Origin: a virus
Lineage: Duplodnaviria > Caudoviricetes
IMG/VR virus record: IMGVR_UViG_3300028591_000083
Location: 1 to 64,000 of that record
Length of the DNA: 64,000 nucleotides
Reading direction: 5' to 3' (one strand)
Positions 29,075-39,055 of the stretch are shown piece after piece. The translations under genes and the position numbers were made by a program. The notes under the pieces are model-generated. The model saw nothing but the letters and a program-made list of their open reading frames with translations. It ran no database searches and was not told the origin of the DNA. The number at the start of each line of letters is the position of its first letter. Position 1 is the first letter of the stretch.

Positions 29075-30196
29075 TTAAATATCATGAATTCTCTCATATT
29101 TTGAGTTGTTCCATGATGTCAATAACATATCATATGCTTCTTGTTTTGTTCCATAAAATTCGTCATATGGATATTCATATTTACATACAGCCCAATATCT
29201 TTCGTCCCAATAACATTCTTCTGGAGTTTTACAAGGAATTAGTTTAACCTTTCTTATGTCGTATTTTGTAAGATATGTATCACTATCTTCATTTCTATTA
29301 AATACATCACTTTCAACATCATATTTCCAATAGGATTTATATGTATCTTCTTTCAATGATTCATTCTTACCGTATTTCTTAGTAAGTTTATCAATCATAT
29401 CTCCTGCCCACTTAGAAAGTTTCTTATCATCATTCTTATTCCAGACTTGTAGATTATTCAACGCTTTTGTAATTTTAGAAAGACCGTTCTTCTTTACAAG
29501 TTTTTCAAAATGAGACATTGGGAGATCATCTACATTTTTACCTTCTGGAACTTCGAGAATACCTTCATGTTTTACCTCGATTTTAGTATCTTGTTCTTTA
29601 AGGCTTCTTCCAGTTCTTTTTGATCTCTTGCTCTCATAAATATTATTATCTCTCATGATTTCGCCAATTCTCTTATCTGAAATAGTAAGTTTCTTTCTAT
29701 ATGCCCATAAAAGAATTAACTTGAAGAAAACTGGGTCTGTTGTGATTTCAATTTCACCTAAATCACCGTCAACTGGAAACCACTCACAATTTTCAACATC
29801 ATCCGTTTTAGTAGCAAAAGAAATAATAGCATCTGCATTTTCTTCCGGAACATCTGGAATAATAAACGTATCTACATCTGTAGATATTGTTGCTACTGGA
29901 CTTTCATTAATAGATTCTCTTCTAAGTCCTAATGCTCTGCCAACTGTTTTTTGTAGTTTGTTGTTATCAGGATCTATTGGTTCAAACCCTCTACCTTGAT
30001 CATATGTAATCTCAAAAGGTTCTCCAATCTCTTTCATTGTCTTTCCGTCAACTTCAACAGCAGCCCAAACACCTTTATTATTCTTAATACCTCTATAGAT
30101 GTTATAGTATTTTCTTCCTTCCGATCTCATTTCTAAGTATCTATACTCTTCATCTTCAAGACAAGGTGTATTAATCTCCTCAATATATAGTTTCAT
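29075..30196 (-). CDS. leader-tagged multi-module protein (MKLYIEE)
   Basis: Shared leader; internal SINES, NIYES, SLKEQ, KNES/LKED boundaries. Confidence 0.75.
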   Translation of the reverse strand: MKLYIEEINTPCLEDEEYRYLEMRSEGRKYYNIYRGIKNNKGVWAAVEVDGKTMKEIGEPFEITYDQGRGFEPIDPDNNKLQKTVGRALGLRRESINESPVATISTDVDTFIIPDVPEENADAIISFATKTDDVENCEWFPVDGDLGEIEITTDPVFFKLILLWAYRKKLTISDKRIGEIMRDNNIYESKRSKRTGRSLKEQDTKIEVKHEGILEVPEGKNVDDLPMSHFEKLVKKNGLSKITKALNNLQVWNKNDDKKLSKWAGDMIDKLTKKYGKNESLKEDTYKSYWKYDVESDVFNRNEDSDTYLTKYDIRKVKLIPCKTPEECYWDERYWAVCKYEYPYDEFYGTKQEAYDMLLTSWNNSKYERIHDI

Positions 30197-30212
30197 AAAT
30201 AAACCAACTCCT

Positions 30213-30635
30213 TTACTTTCTACAATTATGACAAGTATAATGATCTATTCCTGCACGTTCTCCAAGCATCATCCAATTTATATGTGGAATTGACGGTAAA
30301 TCCAGATTATAATAATCAATAATAATTTGTTTACATTCAGGATTATTTATACACTTATCTAAGAAAACAATGCATGAATAATCTTCAAACTTATCATTTA
30401 AGTCATAGTTAGGATCAATCATAATTCTGCCGCGAGGAAAGTAATCCCAAGCAACTTCTTTACCACCAACCAAATAATCTTTACTGAATTTACTCCATGT
30501 ATTTTGATGAGTTTTGCCGTTCAAAGAATAGTCATAATTATATTTTGGAACCTCAGATGTAATTCCAATAACTTCATTATTTATAATCCAAAAATATCCT
30601 TCATATGGATATACAGGACTTTCTTTTAGTATCAT
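30213..30635 (-). CDS. leader-tagged hypothetical protein (MILKES)
   Basis: GYFW...H..TW...YFPRGRI...HYTC pattern. Confidence 0.7.
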   Translation of the reverse strand: MILKESPVYPYEGYFWIINNEVIGITSEVPKYNYDYSLNGKTHQNTWSKFSKDYLVGGKEVAWDYFPRGRIMIDPNYDLNDKFEDYSCIVFLDKCINNPECKQIIIDYYNLDLPSIPHINWMMLGERAGIDHYTCHNCRK

Positions 30636-30673
30636 AAAATCACCGATTACTTTTTTGTTATTTTAACTAAATA

Positions 30674-30714
30674 TTGCCGGAACATAAAGAAAGCTATTCA
30701 ATATGTTCCGGCAA
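30674..30714 (-). terminator. intrinsic terminator-like hairpin
   Basis: TTGCCGGAACATA...TATGTTCCGGCAA. Confidence 0.6.
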
Positions 30715-30725
30715 TCTTATAATTA

Positions 30726-31343
30726 TCAACCTGCTACAGCAGCAGCTCTTTCAATCCAACTTGTTACATCATCATATAGATCATCAATATAAGTTGCAGA
30801 AGCATCATCATAATCGCCGTCAAAATCATACGTTGCTGTCCAAGCATTGTAATCATTTCTATTAGAATGTTCAAGAATAATAGTTGTTACTTCTTCATTC
30901 CCATATACAGAACTTAGAATAATCTCAAATGTATCTGCTCCTTCTCCTGCAAACTTAGTTCCTTTAATACTAAATAGAATATTGTTATCGTCAACAAATT
31001 CTTCTAGCTTTCCGAGAAATTCTTGAAAGTCATAATATGCAGCAGAACTAGCCTGAGATTCTTTTACCTGCTTCTTAGACTTCTTTTTCTTTCTTCCGCA
31101 ACCTTCATCAAATTCTTCCTCATCTTCAGATTCTTTCTGAGATTCTTCCCACTCATGGAACTCATACATTCTGAAAAGATAAGCAAGACACTTTGCAAGT
31201 TCTTCATTACCAAGGCAACGAACAATCGCTTCATTAGCTTCTTCTGCGCCAATAGCATCACAGAACATTTCATATGCTTCTTGTGCTTTCCAATCATCTA
31301 CTACCCAACCGTAGCTTTCTGCTTCTTTAATTAGTTTAATCAT
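30726..31343 (-). CDS. leader-tagged acidic two-module protein (MIKLIKE)
   Basis: Shared leader; linker EFDEGCGRKKKKSKKQVKES. Confidence 0.75.
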   Translation of the reverse strand: MIKLIKEAESYGWVVDDWKAQEAYEMFCDAIGAEEANEAIVRCLGNEELAKCLAYLFRMYEFHEWEESQKESEDEEEFDEGCGRKKKKSKKQVKESQASSAAYYDFQEFLGKLEEFVDDNNILFSIKGTKFAGEGADTFEIILSSVYGNEEVTTIILEHSNRNDYNAWTATYDFDGDYDDASATYIDDLYDDVTSWIERAAAVAG

Positions 31344-31426
31344 AATAAATCATTTCCTTTCTTAAAATTAATTCAATAATACATTTCCAAGTATGAATAC
31401 TCATAAAATAGTCTCATGCAAAAAAA

Positions 31427-32653
31427 TCAATTCTTAACTATTCCATACTGATCAAATAGATGCTTCTGTGGTGCATCATCGTATCCGAAATATTTAATCT
31501 CTGCTTCAAGTCTAGCACGTATTGCATCTTGTAAGTTCTTTCTAAATCCAAGTGGTATTCTCTTTTTATCAACGGTAATACGACTGCACCACGTAGAACT
31601 TCCTTTGTGCCAAGTTACACCTGTTACTCCGCTAGCGTTCAGTCCTTTTACAGATCGCACCTTTGAATACCGTGCTACGCCATCACCCGGACAATACTTG
31701 CACCACTTAGCATCGTTTCCTTGCCTAAGATACTTCATAACTGTATGCTTGTTAATCTTCATTTCATCAGCAATATCTTGAACATTCATACCAGTATTCC
31801 AATATTCACAAGCAATTTTTGCAAGATTTGATATAGCAAATTCTGAGCATTTTTCAAAATCAACTTTAGAAAAATCAAAATATTCAGCTAGCTTAGAATT
31901 TAGAATAGATTGTTTTATGAATTCACAACTGGATTCATGACAATCAAGAACAATATATGTACTATCATAAAATCCATGAGAATAAGCAAACTCTTTCTTC
32001 TTAGTATCATTTTCCGGTTCGTTACGAGACTTCCACTTAACTTCATAATGCTGAATACCATTCACTTCTATAATAGTATTAATATCCTTTACATAAAAAT
32101 CGTATCTGAAATTTGATCCATCAATAATGTATTGCTGTTCAAAATTAAGTCCAAGCTGCTCAAGAACAGAGAACATGAATTTTTCAGGATACGAAAAACA
32201 ATCTCCACATGAACAAGGAACTCCAAACTCTGCAATCTTAAACACTTTTCGTCTATACTGTTTTCCGCAATCTGGGCATTTACAGTCAATAGTAATCCAA
32301 GAATGATCGGTATATTGTAACGCATCAACATCATTTACAATATATTTTACAAGTTCCGGCGCAGTAGCTTTAATAGAATTTATATCCGGAGCAACTGCGC
32401 CATTTTTAGAACAAATAAAACAACCATTTCCTACATCAATACCGTGTTCTGCAATAGAATATGAATCAAAATGCTTTCCATTTCGATAGTATTCACCACA
32501 AGAATACCCACATTTCAAACACTTATAAGTATATGCATTTGTATAAATTTCTTTCGACTTACCACGTTTTATTGCATTTATTTTCTTTTTAGTTATCCCT
32601 GTTATTTCTAATCCATTTACAACTTGACCCAATTCGTACTTGTAATTAGACAT
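31427..32653 (-). CDS. free-standing putative homing endonuclease: zinc ribbons, Vsr/DUF559-like nuclease, AP2-like domain
   Basis: Multiple CxxC; SYPE...RYDFY...IIEVNGIQHY...ND; NASGVTGVTW...W...I...LG...A..AR AP2-like end. Confidence 0.7.
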   Translation of the reverse strand: MSNYKYELGQVVNGLEITGITKKKINAIKRGKSKEIYTNAYTYKCLKCGYSCGEYYRNGKHFDSYSIAEHGIDVGNGCFICSKNGAVAPDINSIKATAPELVKYIVNDVDALQYTDHSWITIDCKCPDCGKQYRRKVFKIAEFGVPCSCGDCFSYPEKFMFSVLEQLGLNFEQQYIIDGSNFRYDFYVKDINTIIEVNGIQHYEVKWKSRNEPENDTKKKEFAYSHGFYDSTYIVLDCHESSCEFIKQSILNSKLAEYFDFSKVDFEKCSEFAISNLAKIACEYWNTGMNVQDIADEMKINKHTVMKYLRQGNDAKWCKYCPGDGVARYSKVRSVKGLNASGVTGVTWHKGSSTWCSRITVDKKRIPLGFRKNLQDAIRARLEAEIKYFGYDDAPQKHLFDQYGIVKN

Positions 32654-32668
32654 TAAATACCTCCGATA

Positions 32669-33484
32669 TTAAAGTCCGAGTTCAGCAAGAGTTTTGTTTC
32701 CGCCTTGTCTTTCAGGTGACTCTCCGTGTGTAATTTGTTCGATTTCAAAATCATCGAGGATTCGATGAACTCTAATCGCACCAGAGATGACCCAAGGAAC
32801 AGTGTCAGGATTAGGGTTTGTTCTATACTTGTAATACCCATTTACAGGAAGTTTTGGAAGTCCAGCAAGTGAATGTTGATACTTGTCAGAGCGATATGTT
32901 GATCCATCTGGGCGTGTTCTCATATACCCTTGTTCATCTGATTCAGCTTGATAATCAATATCCATAACATAATCACATTCTGCCCACACAAAGTCATAAG
33001 GAAAATATGGTGCATTATCATCTACAACTTGAACGCATTTACCAAGTTCATCAACATAGTATATATTACCTACATTAGATGCCTTTGCACAACTATTTAT
33101 AAATGTCTGCATTGTTCTTACAGACTTTACAGCTTCGTTTGGATCATCGTCTACAATTTTCCAACTGAAAGAACGATCAAACTGTTTTGCTATAGGATAT
33201 TCAGCACAATGCCAACCGGGACGATAGCTTAGGCTTCCTGAACCAGTTGACTTAACTTGTGGTCTACCTGTTTTCGATAATCCTGCAAATTCTCCTTCTT
33301 CTGCATCAAGCCAAACGCCTACAGGGGTATCAGCACCACCAGCGTTTGCAACCATCGGAGGATACAGCTTTCCATTCTTTACTCTAAATACTTTATATGC
33401 TTTACCCTTTACTGAATTTGAGTAATCTTTATCTGAAATCTTTTCATTCATCGGATTATTAGATTCTCTAATATATAGTTTCAT
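32669..33484 (-). CDS. leader-tagged protein (MKLYIRES) with YRPGWH motif
   Basis: Shared leader; KAYKVF...LYPPMV...LSYRPGWH. Confidence 0.75.
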   Translation of the reverse strand: MKLYIRESNNPMNEKISDKDYSNSVKGKAYKVFRVKNGKLYPPMVANAGGADTPVGVWLDAEEGEFAGLSKTGRPQVKSTGSGSLSYRPGWHCAEYPIAKQFDRSFSWKIVDDDPNEAVKSVRTMQTFINSCAKASNVGNIYYVDELGKCVQVVDDNAPYFPYDFVWAECDYVMDIDYQAESDEQGYMRTRPDGSTYRSDKYQHSLAGLPKLPVNGYYKYRTNPNPDTVPWVISGAIRVHRILDDFEIEQITHGESPERQGGNKTLAELGL

Positions 33485-33506
33485 CTATTAAAACCTTCTT
33501 TCTATA

Positions 33507-33719
33507 TCAATCACCAGAACCGTCTGGAACAAAAACATCATCTAAAAACTGATCAATAGGCATTTTGCTTTTTGATTCTCCTGCTTTAGATAGAAGATTT
33601 AGTTCTCCTGGATTCTCTTTGTCGTGCTGTTCGCCGTATTTATTATACCAAACAACATTAACACCACAATTTTCACAAATAACATACGCTGTTTCTTTAC
33701 CACAATTTTTACAAATCAT
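33507..33719 (-). CDS. small zinc-ribbon protein
   Basis: CKNCG...CENCG. Confidence 0.6.
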   Translation of the reverse strand: MICKNCGKETAYVICENCGVNVVWYNKYGEQHDKENPGELNLLSKAGESKSKMPIDQFLDDVFVPDGSGD

Positions 33720-33739
33720 GCCAAATCACATTCCTTATT

Positions 33740-34021
33740 TTAATCTTCCATTGACTTCTGCCATCTATCATTTCGCTCAGTAATGAAATAATAAAGTTCT
33801 TGTGCTACTTGTTTGATATCTCTCACTGAGTTTGCTTTCCTTGATTCTTTCCAACCTGAAATTTCTACAATCACATCCCAAAGTCTGTTCTGTGGCTTGC
33901 TGTAGTATGAACTGCAATAAGCATATCCAATTTCTTCATTTCCGATATAAATTGTGTATTGGTCAGGTTGTTCTTTTTGTAAACGAATAGACGACTGTGG
34001 ATTTTCAATAATTAGTTTCAT
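33740..34021 (-). CDS. leader-tagged hypothetical protein (MKLIIE)
   Basis: Shared leader, SD. Confidence 0.7.
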   Translation of the reverse strand: MKLIIENPQSSIRLQKEQPDQYTIYIGNEEIGYAYCSSYYSKPQNRLWDVIVEISGWKESRKANSVRDIKQVAQELYYFITERNDRWQKSMED

Positions 34022-34033
34022 TTATTATTCACC

Positions 34034-34573
34034 TCAATAGTAGAAATGAATTACAACACTTCCAACTGGTTTTGCTGTTGCAAGTTCTTGAATGTAGAAA
34101 TTGAAATCATAATCTTTTATAAAGCGGCGCAAATCTCTTTCCAGTGAATCTGCGTTTGCTTTGAAACCGGCAAATGCCTCAACAGCTATTGTTTCATCTC
34201 TTGTTTTACTCGGCTCATCAATAATAGTAAAACCATTATTTTTTGCAATCTTCTTAATCATGTCTTTGTTTGCTTCATAAAACTTTCTGATATCATCGTA
34301 GTAATCTTCATTTAGGCTTTTGCACTTTGTAGTTTTCTTGCTCTCATACAGCTCACCGAAATATTCCTGAATCCCTACAAGAGCACGATGAATTTCAAAA
34401 AATGCACGTACATCTTCATCATAAGGTCTTACACCATCAGCAATAGAAGTTGATAAAGATTCATATGCTCTTTCTGTTGCTTCTTTTGTATCAATCAACA
34501 TATTCTTAATATCTCTATAAGTTGCTTCGATTTCTGATTTATCAATATAGTCTTCTTTAATAATAAGTTTCAT
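34034..34573 (-). CDS. leader-tagged two-module protein (MKLIIKE)
   Basis: Shared leader; internal ELYESKKTTKCKSLNED. Confidence 0.7.
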   Translation of the reverse strand: MKLIIKEDYIDKSEIEATYRDIKNMLIDTKEATERAYESLSTSIADGVRPYDEDVRAFFEIHRALVGIQEYFGELYESKKTTKCKSLNEDYYDDIRKFYEANKDMIKKIAKNNGFTIIDEPSKTRDETIAVEAFAGFKANADSLERDLRRFIKDYDFNFYIQELATAKPVGSVVIHFYY

Positions 34574-34584
34574 TTTTACATTCC

Positions 34585-35511
34585 TCATTTCTGGATAGAA
34601 CTCTTCTTCAACTTATGGAAAATACCATTGAATCTTTCATCGAATACTTCAATGTACTGAGAATCTTCACCGTCAGATAAAAGAAGTAGTTTTCTAGCAT
34701 CCCAATAACCGCTTCCTTGTTCATCTCTATCATAAACAATGTCTACAACTTCATATGGGATATAACCTTTGTTTCCACCATTCGGCAGATGACCGAACTG
34801 AAAATCTCTAATTACGAAATCACCTTTTTTAAGACTGTCAGTATCACAATTATAATCTTCAATATGATCTTCTACCTGACAGAACATCTTGTATGGTTGA
34901 CCTAGCTTTAGATGATCTAGGTGTTCATATACACACTTTACTTTATTGTGTCTTGTATTTCTCAACATCATACTTTCTTTTACAGAACGTCTTTTTGCTT
35001 CTTGTAGAATTCTTCCTAAGAAATAATCCATTTTTGATTTTAATGTTCTAAGCCATTCATCCATTGTTGACTGAATATCTGAGGATACATCTGGATATAG
35101 TTCTGTGATTGCTACGACTACATTATTTAGAACTGATATTGTAGCATCTACACCGTCCATAAGATTGAATCCAACACAATCCGGAACTTCAATATCCCAC
35201 TGTGTCAGAACGTCTTTTGCACTGTTTAGATTATGAATGAAGTGTCCATCCTCACAGCAAATCTCTAAGCAAGTATCACTATAATCATTTAGGAGTTTAT
35301 AAAGTTCATCTGTTGCAAGATGAAGTCTTGTAAACTCTTTTCCACAAGCGTTAATATGAATAGTATGAATATCATTAGATGCTAGCATGAATACAAAACC
35401 AAGAGCTTCTAAATCTTCATATGTACTTGAAGTATCACCTGTGTTTTGTTGTGGTTCTACCTCAAAATCAGGAGTGAATACAACTTCGGTATCTTCAAAA
35501 ATTAGTTTCAC
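34585..35511 (-). CDS. leader-tagged Dps/ferritin-like domain protein (GTG start, VKLIFE)
   Basis: IHTIHINACGKEFTRLHLATDELY...DTCLE matches Dps HxNxxGxxFxxLHxxxxELY...DxxxE; second module after SVKES. Confidence 0.6.
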   Translation of the reverse strand: MKLIFEDTEVVFTPDFEVEPQQNTGDTSSTYEDLEALGFVFMLASNDIHTIHINACGKEFTRLHLATDELYKLLNDYSDTCLEICCEDGHFIHNLNSAKDVLTQWDIEVPDCVGFNLMDGVDATISVLNNVVVAITELYPDVSSDIQSTMDEWLRTLKSKMDYFLGRILQEAKRRSVKESMMLRNTRHNKVKCVYEHLDHLKLGQPYKMFCQVEDHIEDYNCDTDSLKKGDFVIRDFQFGHLPNGGNKGYIPYEVVDIVYDRDEQGSGYWDARKLLLLSDGEDSQYIEVFDERFNGIFHKLKKSSIQK

Positions 35512-35525
35512 ACGCTTTCTCCCCT

Positions 35526-35885
35526 TTACATTAGTTTTGACTTTATTTCTTTTATAATAAGAACACAAGTTTGAAGTTCCACTGAGATATTATCTACTGT
35601 GGTTGTGTTCTTTGTGCAATCATATCTTGCCGGATTTTTAAGAAGTACAGTTTGAATACTCATAATTCCTCTTGGAGTAAATCTTACTCGAACTTCTACA
35701 TTATCTGAAATTGAAAATGACCCAGAACCGTTTGATGCTGTAAAATCATATCCTAGCTTTTCTCCGATTTCAAATAACTGATCTTCAATTACTACATCTT
35801 CTACATCATCAACGATTTCATCTTCAATATCTTCATCTTCGTGGATAGGAACATTTCTATATCTGTTCTTATACTTAAATCGCAC
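35526..35885 (-). CDS. hypothetical protein
   Basis: ORF in operon; basic N-terminus ending PIHE followed by acidic stretch. Confidence 0.6.
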   Translation of the reverse strand: MRFKYKNRYRNVPIHEDEDIEDEIVDDVEDVVIEDQLFEIGEKLGYDFTASNGSGSFSISDNVEVRVRFTPRGIMSIQTVLLKNPARYDCTKNTTTVDNISVELQTCVLIIKEIKSKLM

Positions 35886-35907
35886 CGCAAATCCCCACCT
35901 TGCTATT

Positions 35908-36153
35908 TTAATTGTAGTTTAGCTTATCAAATAAGGATTCAGTAATATCAGCATTTGGTGTTAATCCATGATGTTCTTGAAATAACATTAGAGCCTTGAT
36001 GAACTTTTTATCACGCTTAAACGGTACACTTTCTCCTTCTGACAAATATTCAAACTTTACAAGTTTATCCTGAATCCATTTGATTCTAGCTTTCATAGGC
36101 ATATTAGAAAATTGAGTGAATTTCATCTGACCAAATATCCTCCGATTTTTCAT
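35908..36153 (-). CDS. small protein with peptidoglycan-binding-like motif
   Basis: IKWIQDKL...ALMLFQEHHGLTPNADI resembles PG_binding_1. Confidence 0.45.
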   Translation of the reverse strand: MKNRRIFGQMKFTQFSNMPMKARIKWIQDKLVKFEYLSEGESVPFKRDKKFIKALMLFQEHHGLTPNADITESLFDKLNYN

Positions 36154-36538
36154 CTTTGCAATAGTTATCTACCACATATAATAACTTCTTTATGATTAAC
36201 TGTAAATCTTCTATCTCCTTTGTTACGTATTCAAGAGCTTCTTCTGAGACAAATCCTTGACATCCTTTAAGAAATGCCTTACAATTTTGAACGAATACAG
36301 CATTATCATCTTTTAGTTCCGAGGCTTCAAGATAAATATCATTCAGTAATCCGTCAATCATTTTGAAGAATGAGTTATTAACTTGCTGTAAATCTGTATA
36401 TACCATATAATAAACTAGCTGTCTTGATAACTCTCGTCTTATTGAAATAAGAACATCATCGGCAGTTCTTTTATAATCAAGAACCATGTCTTTGTTTATT
36501 TGGAATGCCGGTTCTTCTTCGTGATGCAGCCAAATCAT
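36104..36538 (-). CDS. hypothetical helical protein
   Basis: ORF overlapping upstream stop. Confidence 0.6.
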   Translation of the reverse strand: MIWLHHEEEPAFQINKDMVLDYKRTADDVLISIRRELSRQLVYYMVYTDLQQVNNSFFKMIDGLLNDIYLEASELKDDNAVFVQNCKAFLKGCQGFVSEEALEYVTKEIEDLQLIIKKLLYVVDNYCKDEKSEDIWSDEIHSIF

Positions 36539-37248
36539 TTATATCCCCTCACAATGAGTTCTGATTTAATATCTTTCACCGCCGTATAAATATCTTTTAG
36601 TTCCTTATTTTTACGGAGTAGAGATTCTGCAATAGTAAGATTGTTTAGTACATTTTGAATATAACCTTTACTTACTTTCTGGCGATTCAAGGATTCATCA
36701 ATATCTTCGTCTTCTACCTCAAACAAATCTTCTTTCATCTCGTCAATGTCAATAGCACAGTCATATAGACCACTTGTAATGCTAATGATATCATTAATTG
36801 TTTCTGGATTATCATCTGTAACCATGTTTGTTAGGTCTTGTGCTCTCTCAGCAATATCCATAACATCATCATATAGTGCTGTAAGTCCATCCTCTAGGTT
36901 AGACGGATTATCCCCTACTTCATCTTCCTCATCTGCGGAAACTGTATCATATTCTTCATCTTCTTCAATTAGCTTTTCCTTATCATATACTTTAGAAAGC
37001 ATTTGAAGTGTACTAATAGATTCGTTAATTCTATTTACAATATCATTGCTATTAGAAATAGACACAGACAAAGCATCAATTTCTTTTCCGGTGTTGTCTG
37101 TAATCTTCATAATATATTTATTCGGCTTTACAATACCTTCAAGAGTAAGCATATCTTTTCTTACCTTGAACTTTGGATTCTTTGCGTCTTTAGATACTTT
37201 TGCATCTACTCCTGCGCCTTTGAAAATCTGTGAAATAAACTTGTTCAT
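36535..37248 (-). CDS. acidic hypothetical protein with internal LIEE / IDES motifs
   Basis: Start MNKFIS after AAAGGAG SD. Confidence 0.65.
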   Translation of the reverse strand: MNKFISQIFKGAGVDAKVSKDAKNPKFKVRKDMLTLEGIVKPNKYIMKITDNTGKEIDALSVSISNSNDIVNRINESISTLQMLSKVYDKEKLIEEDEEYDTVSADEEDEVGDNPSNLEDGLTALYDDVMDIAERAQDLTNMVTDDNPETINDIISITSGLYDCAIDIDEMKEDLFEVEDEDIDESLNRQKVSKGYIQNVLNNLTIAESLLRKNKELKDIYTAVKDIKSELIVRGYK

Positions 37249-37270
37249 ATCTGTATTCTCTCCTTTTGAA

Positions 37271-37543
37271 TTATTCTTCATCCTTGAAGCCGTCAATGAG
37301 ATATGCACCCATTTGAACAAGGTATTCATCTCTTGCTTTTTTCAAAGATTCTGGTTCTTGTTTTGCCTTATAGGATTTATTATATCCATCAATATTTAAT
37401 TCCAAATCGCTTTCAAGGTCTTTTTCAAAATCTTCCTCAATTCTATCTTTTAAGAAATCCATAATCTCTTTAAGAAAATCATCATTAAGATCTTTACCGT
37501 TTATCCGTCTATCGGCTTCTTTAATATAAAGTTTCCGTACCAT
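37271..37543 (-). CDS. leader-tagged hypothetical protein (MVRKLYIKE)
   Basis: Shared leader. Confidence 0.7.
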   Translation of the reverse strand: MVRKLYIKEADRRINGKDLNDDFLKEIMDFLKDRIEEDFEKDLESDLELNIDGYNKSYKAKQEPESLKKARDEYLVQMGAYLIDGFKDEE

Positions 37544-37555
37544 AGGTATCACCTC

Positions 37556-37858
37556 TTACATCTTTCTCAGCTTATTCATCCAGTACCAAATAAAATATGT
37601 CATTGTGTTTAATGAGTATTTCTTATCTTCCATTCTTTGTAACTCTCTGTTAAACTTCATGTCGGTACGATAATTTGAAGATAACTGAATTGAATAATCA
37701 CGATTAAAGGAAATAGAAATATAATATCTTCCACAATAGAACTTTGCATATCTTCTTGTGTACTGAGCGTTATACAAGGCATATTTTATGGTTTGCTGTT
37801 TTAGTTCTTTATCTTTGTCAACATGAATAATCTGTTCGTATTCATATAACAGTTTCAT
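37556..37858 (-). CDS. leader-tagged hypothetical protein (MKLLYE)
   Basis: Leader variant, SD. Confidence 0.65.
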   Translation of the reverse strand: MKLLYEYEQIIHVDKDKELKQQTIKYALYNAQYTRRYAKFYCGRYYISISFNRDYSIQLSSNYRTDMKFNRELQRMEDKKYSLNTMTYFIWYWMNKLRKM

Positions 37859-37874
37859 AGGCTTATCACCTTAT

Positions 37875-38258
37875 TTACTTAAATATATTCGGGAATGCTT
37901 GTGTTAGCAGGAATACTAATCCTCCTGAAACAATAGCCCATATAACCTTTTCCTTTAATGCGTTGGCTTTCTTAGCTGTTTCAATCAATGGAGCTTGTTC
38001 AACATCTGATAGTTTCTTTCCAAATTCTTCCTTCCACTGTTTATCAGCTTTCTGGGCACTCTTTACCTCAGACACATCCTCCTTGATATACTGCATATCC
38101 TGTGCCATAACTTTTACTGATGTTGCAATATCATGAATATCATCTACTTTACTCTGCATTTCCTTCTGGTTTGCTTCAAGAGTAGTGATACGAACATCAT
38201 GCTCTGCGACTTTTGTGCTTAGTGCTTCATTTGTCATATAAGATGCATCCCTTTCCAT
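37875..38258 (-). CDS. XhlA/holin-like protein
   Basis: Coiled coil (HDVRITTLE) plus single C-terminal TM helix. Confidence 0.6.
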   Translation of the reverse strand: MERDASYMTNEALSTKVAEHDVRITTLEANQKEMQSKVDDIHDIATSVKVMAQDMQYIKEDVSEVKSAQKADKQWKEEFGKKLSDVEQAPLIETAKKANALKEKVIWAIVSGGLVFLLTQAFPNIFK

Positions 38259-38267
38259 GTTTAATTA

Positions 38268-38660
38268 TTAGATATTTTTCTTCGACTGTAGAATGTAGTT
38301 TTCAATAGAGTTAGAAACAAATGCACTAACATCACCAAAGTTATTGATGATCTTTTGTTTATCTTCTTCTGTAAGTAGTGCTTCGATTGCTGCGAATGTA
38401 TTATTAAATGCTTTGTCTTTTGCTTCGTCATCAAAATCTCCGGTTTTCTTATAATCTGATACAAACTTTTGATTCGTTGCTTCAACACAAACTTGAACAA
38501 CATAATCAAATTTCTCAATGAAATCTTTAAGTGCCTTATTCTTTGTGGACTGTTTAATCTGGTCACACTTTGTATGAATGATGTTACCGATAGAAACAGT
38601 TAGTCCGGCAAATAGAATTACAAGAAATCCGGAAAGTGCGGTTGTTAAAATATCCTTCAT
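38268..38660 (-). CDS. putative phage holin (LL-H-like)
   Basis: N-terminal TM helix, CVEATNQKFVSDYKK motif. Confidence 0.6.
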   Translation of the reverse strand: MKDILTTALSGFLVILFAGLTVSIGNIIHTKCDQIKQSTKNKALKDFIEKFDYVVQVCVEATNQKFVSDYKKTGDFDDEAKDKAFNNTFAAIEALLTEEDKQKIINNFGDVSAFVSNSIENYILQSKKNI

Positions 38661-38662
38661 AG

Positions 38663-39055
38663 TTATTCTCCTTTCACTAAAAGGTTCAAAAGATTTTCGT
38701 TGATAGATTCAACATAAATTGTTTTCTGGAAAGAGAAATCAAAATCCTTACAATGAACTCTTATAGTAAGAATATTCATTCCTGCCATTGTGAAGTCTTT
38801 TTCAGCTAGTCTTACAAGTATTTGTCCTCTATGCGGATTCAGAACTTCTAACTCCCCTGTGAATAACACAGATTCCATTTCTGTATTTGTCACCGCTGCT
38901 GCAAGTTCTACTTCATCTCCGAAATCAACAAACTTACATTTATCAAATACTTGAAAAACAATTTCAGGCATATTATTTGTAAGACCGTGTTGAACTGAAA
39001 TAGTTGGTTTTCCACAAACTATCGGATACTTCACATCAACTGGAACGTAGATCAT
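38663..39055 (-). CDS. BppU N-terminal-like domain protein
   Basis: EVLNPHRGQILVRLAEKDFTMAG pattern. Confidence 0.4.
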   Translation of the reverse strand: MIYVPVDVKYPIVCGKPTISVQHGLTNNMPEIVFQVFDKCKFVDFGDEVELAAAVTNTEMESVLFTGELEVLNPHRGQILVRLAEKDFTMAGMNILTIRVHCKDFDFSFQKTIYVESINENLLNLLVKGE

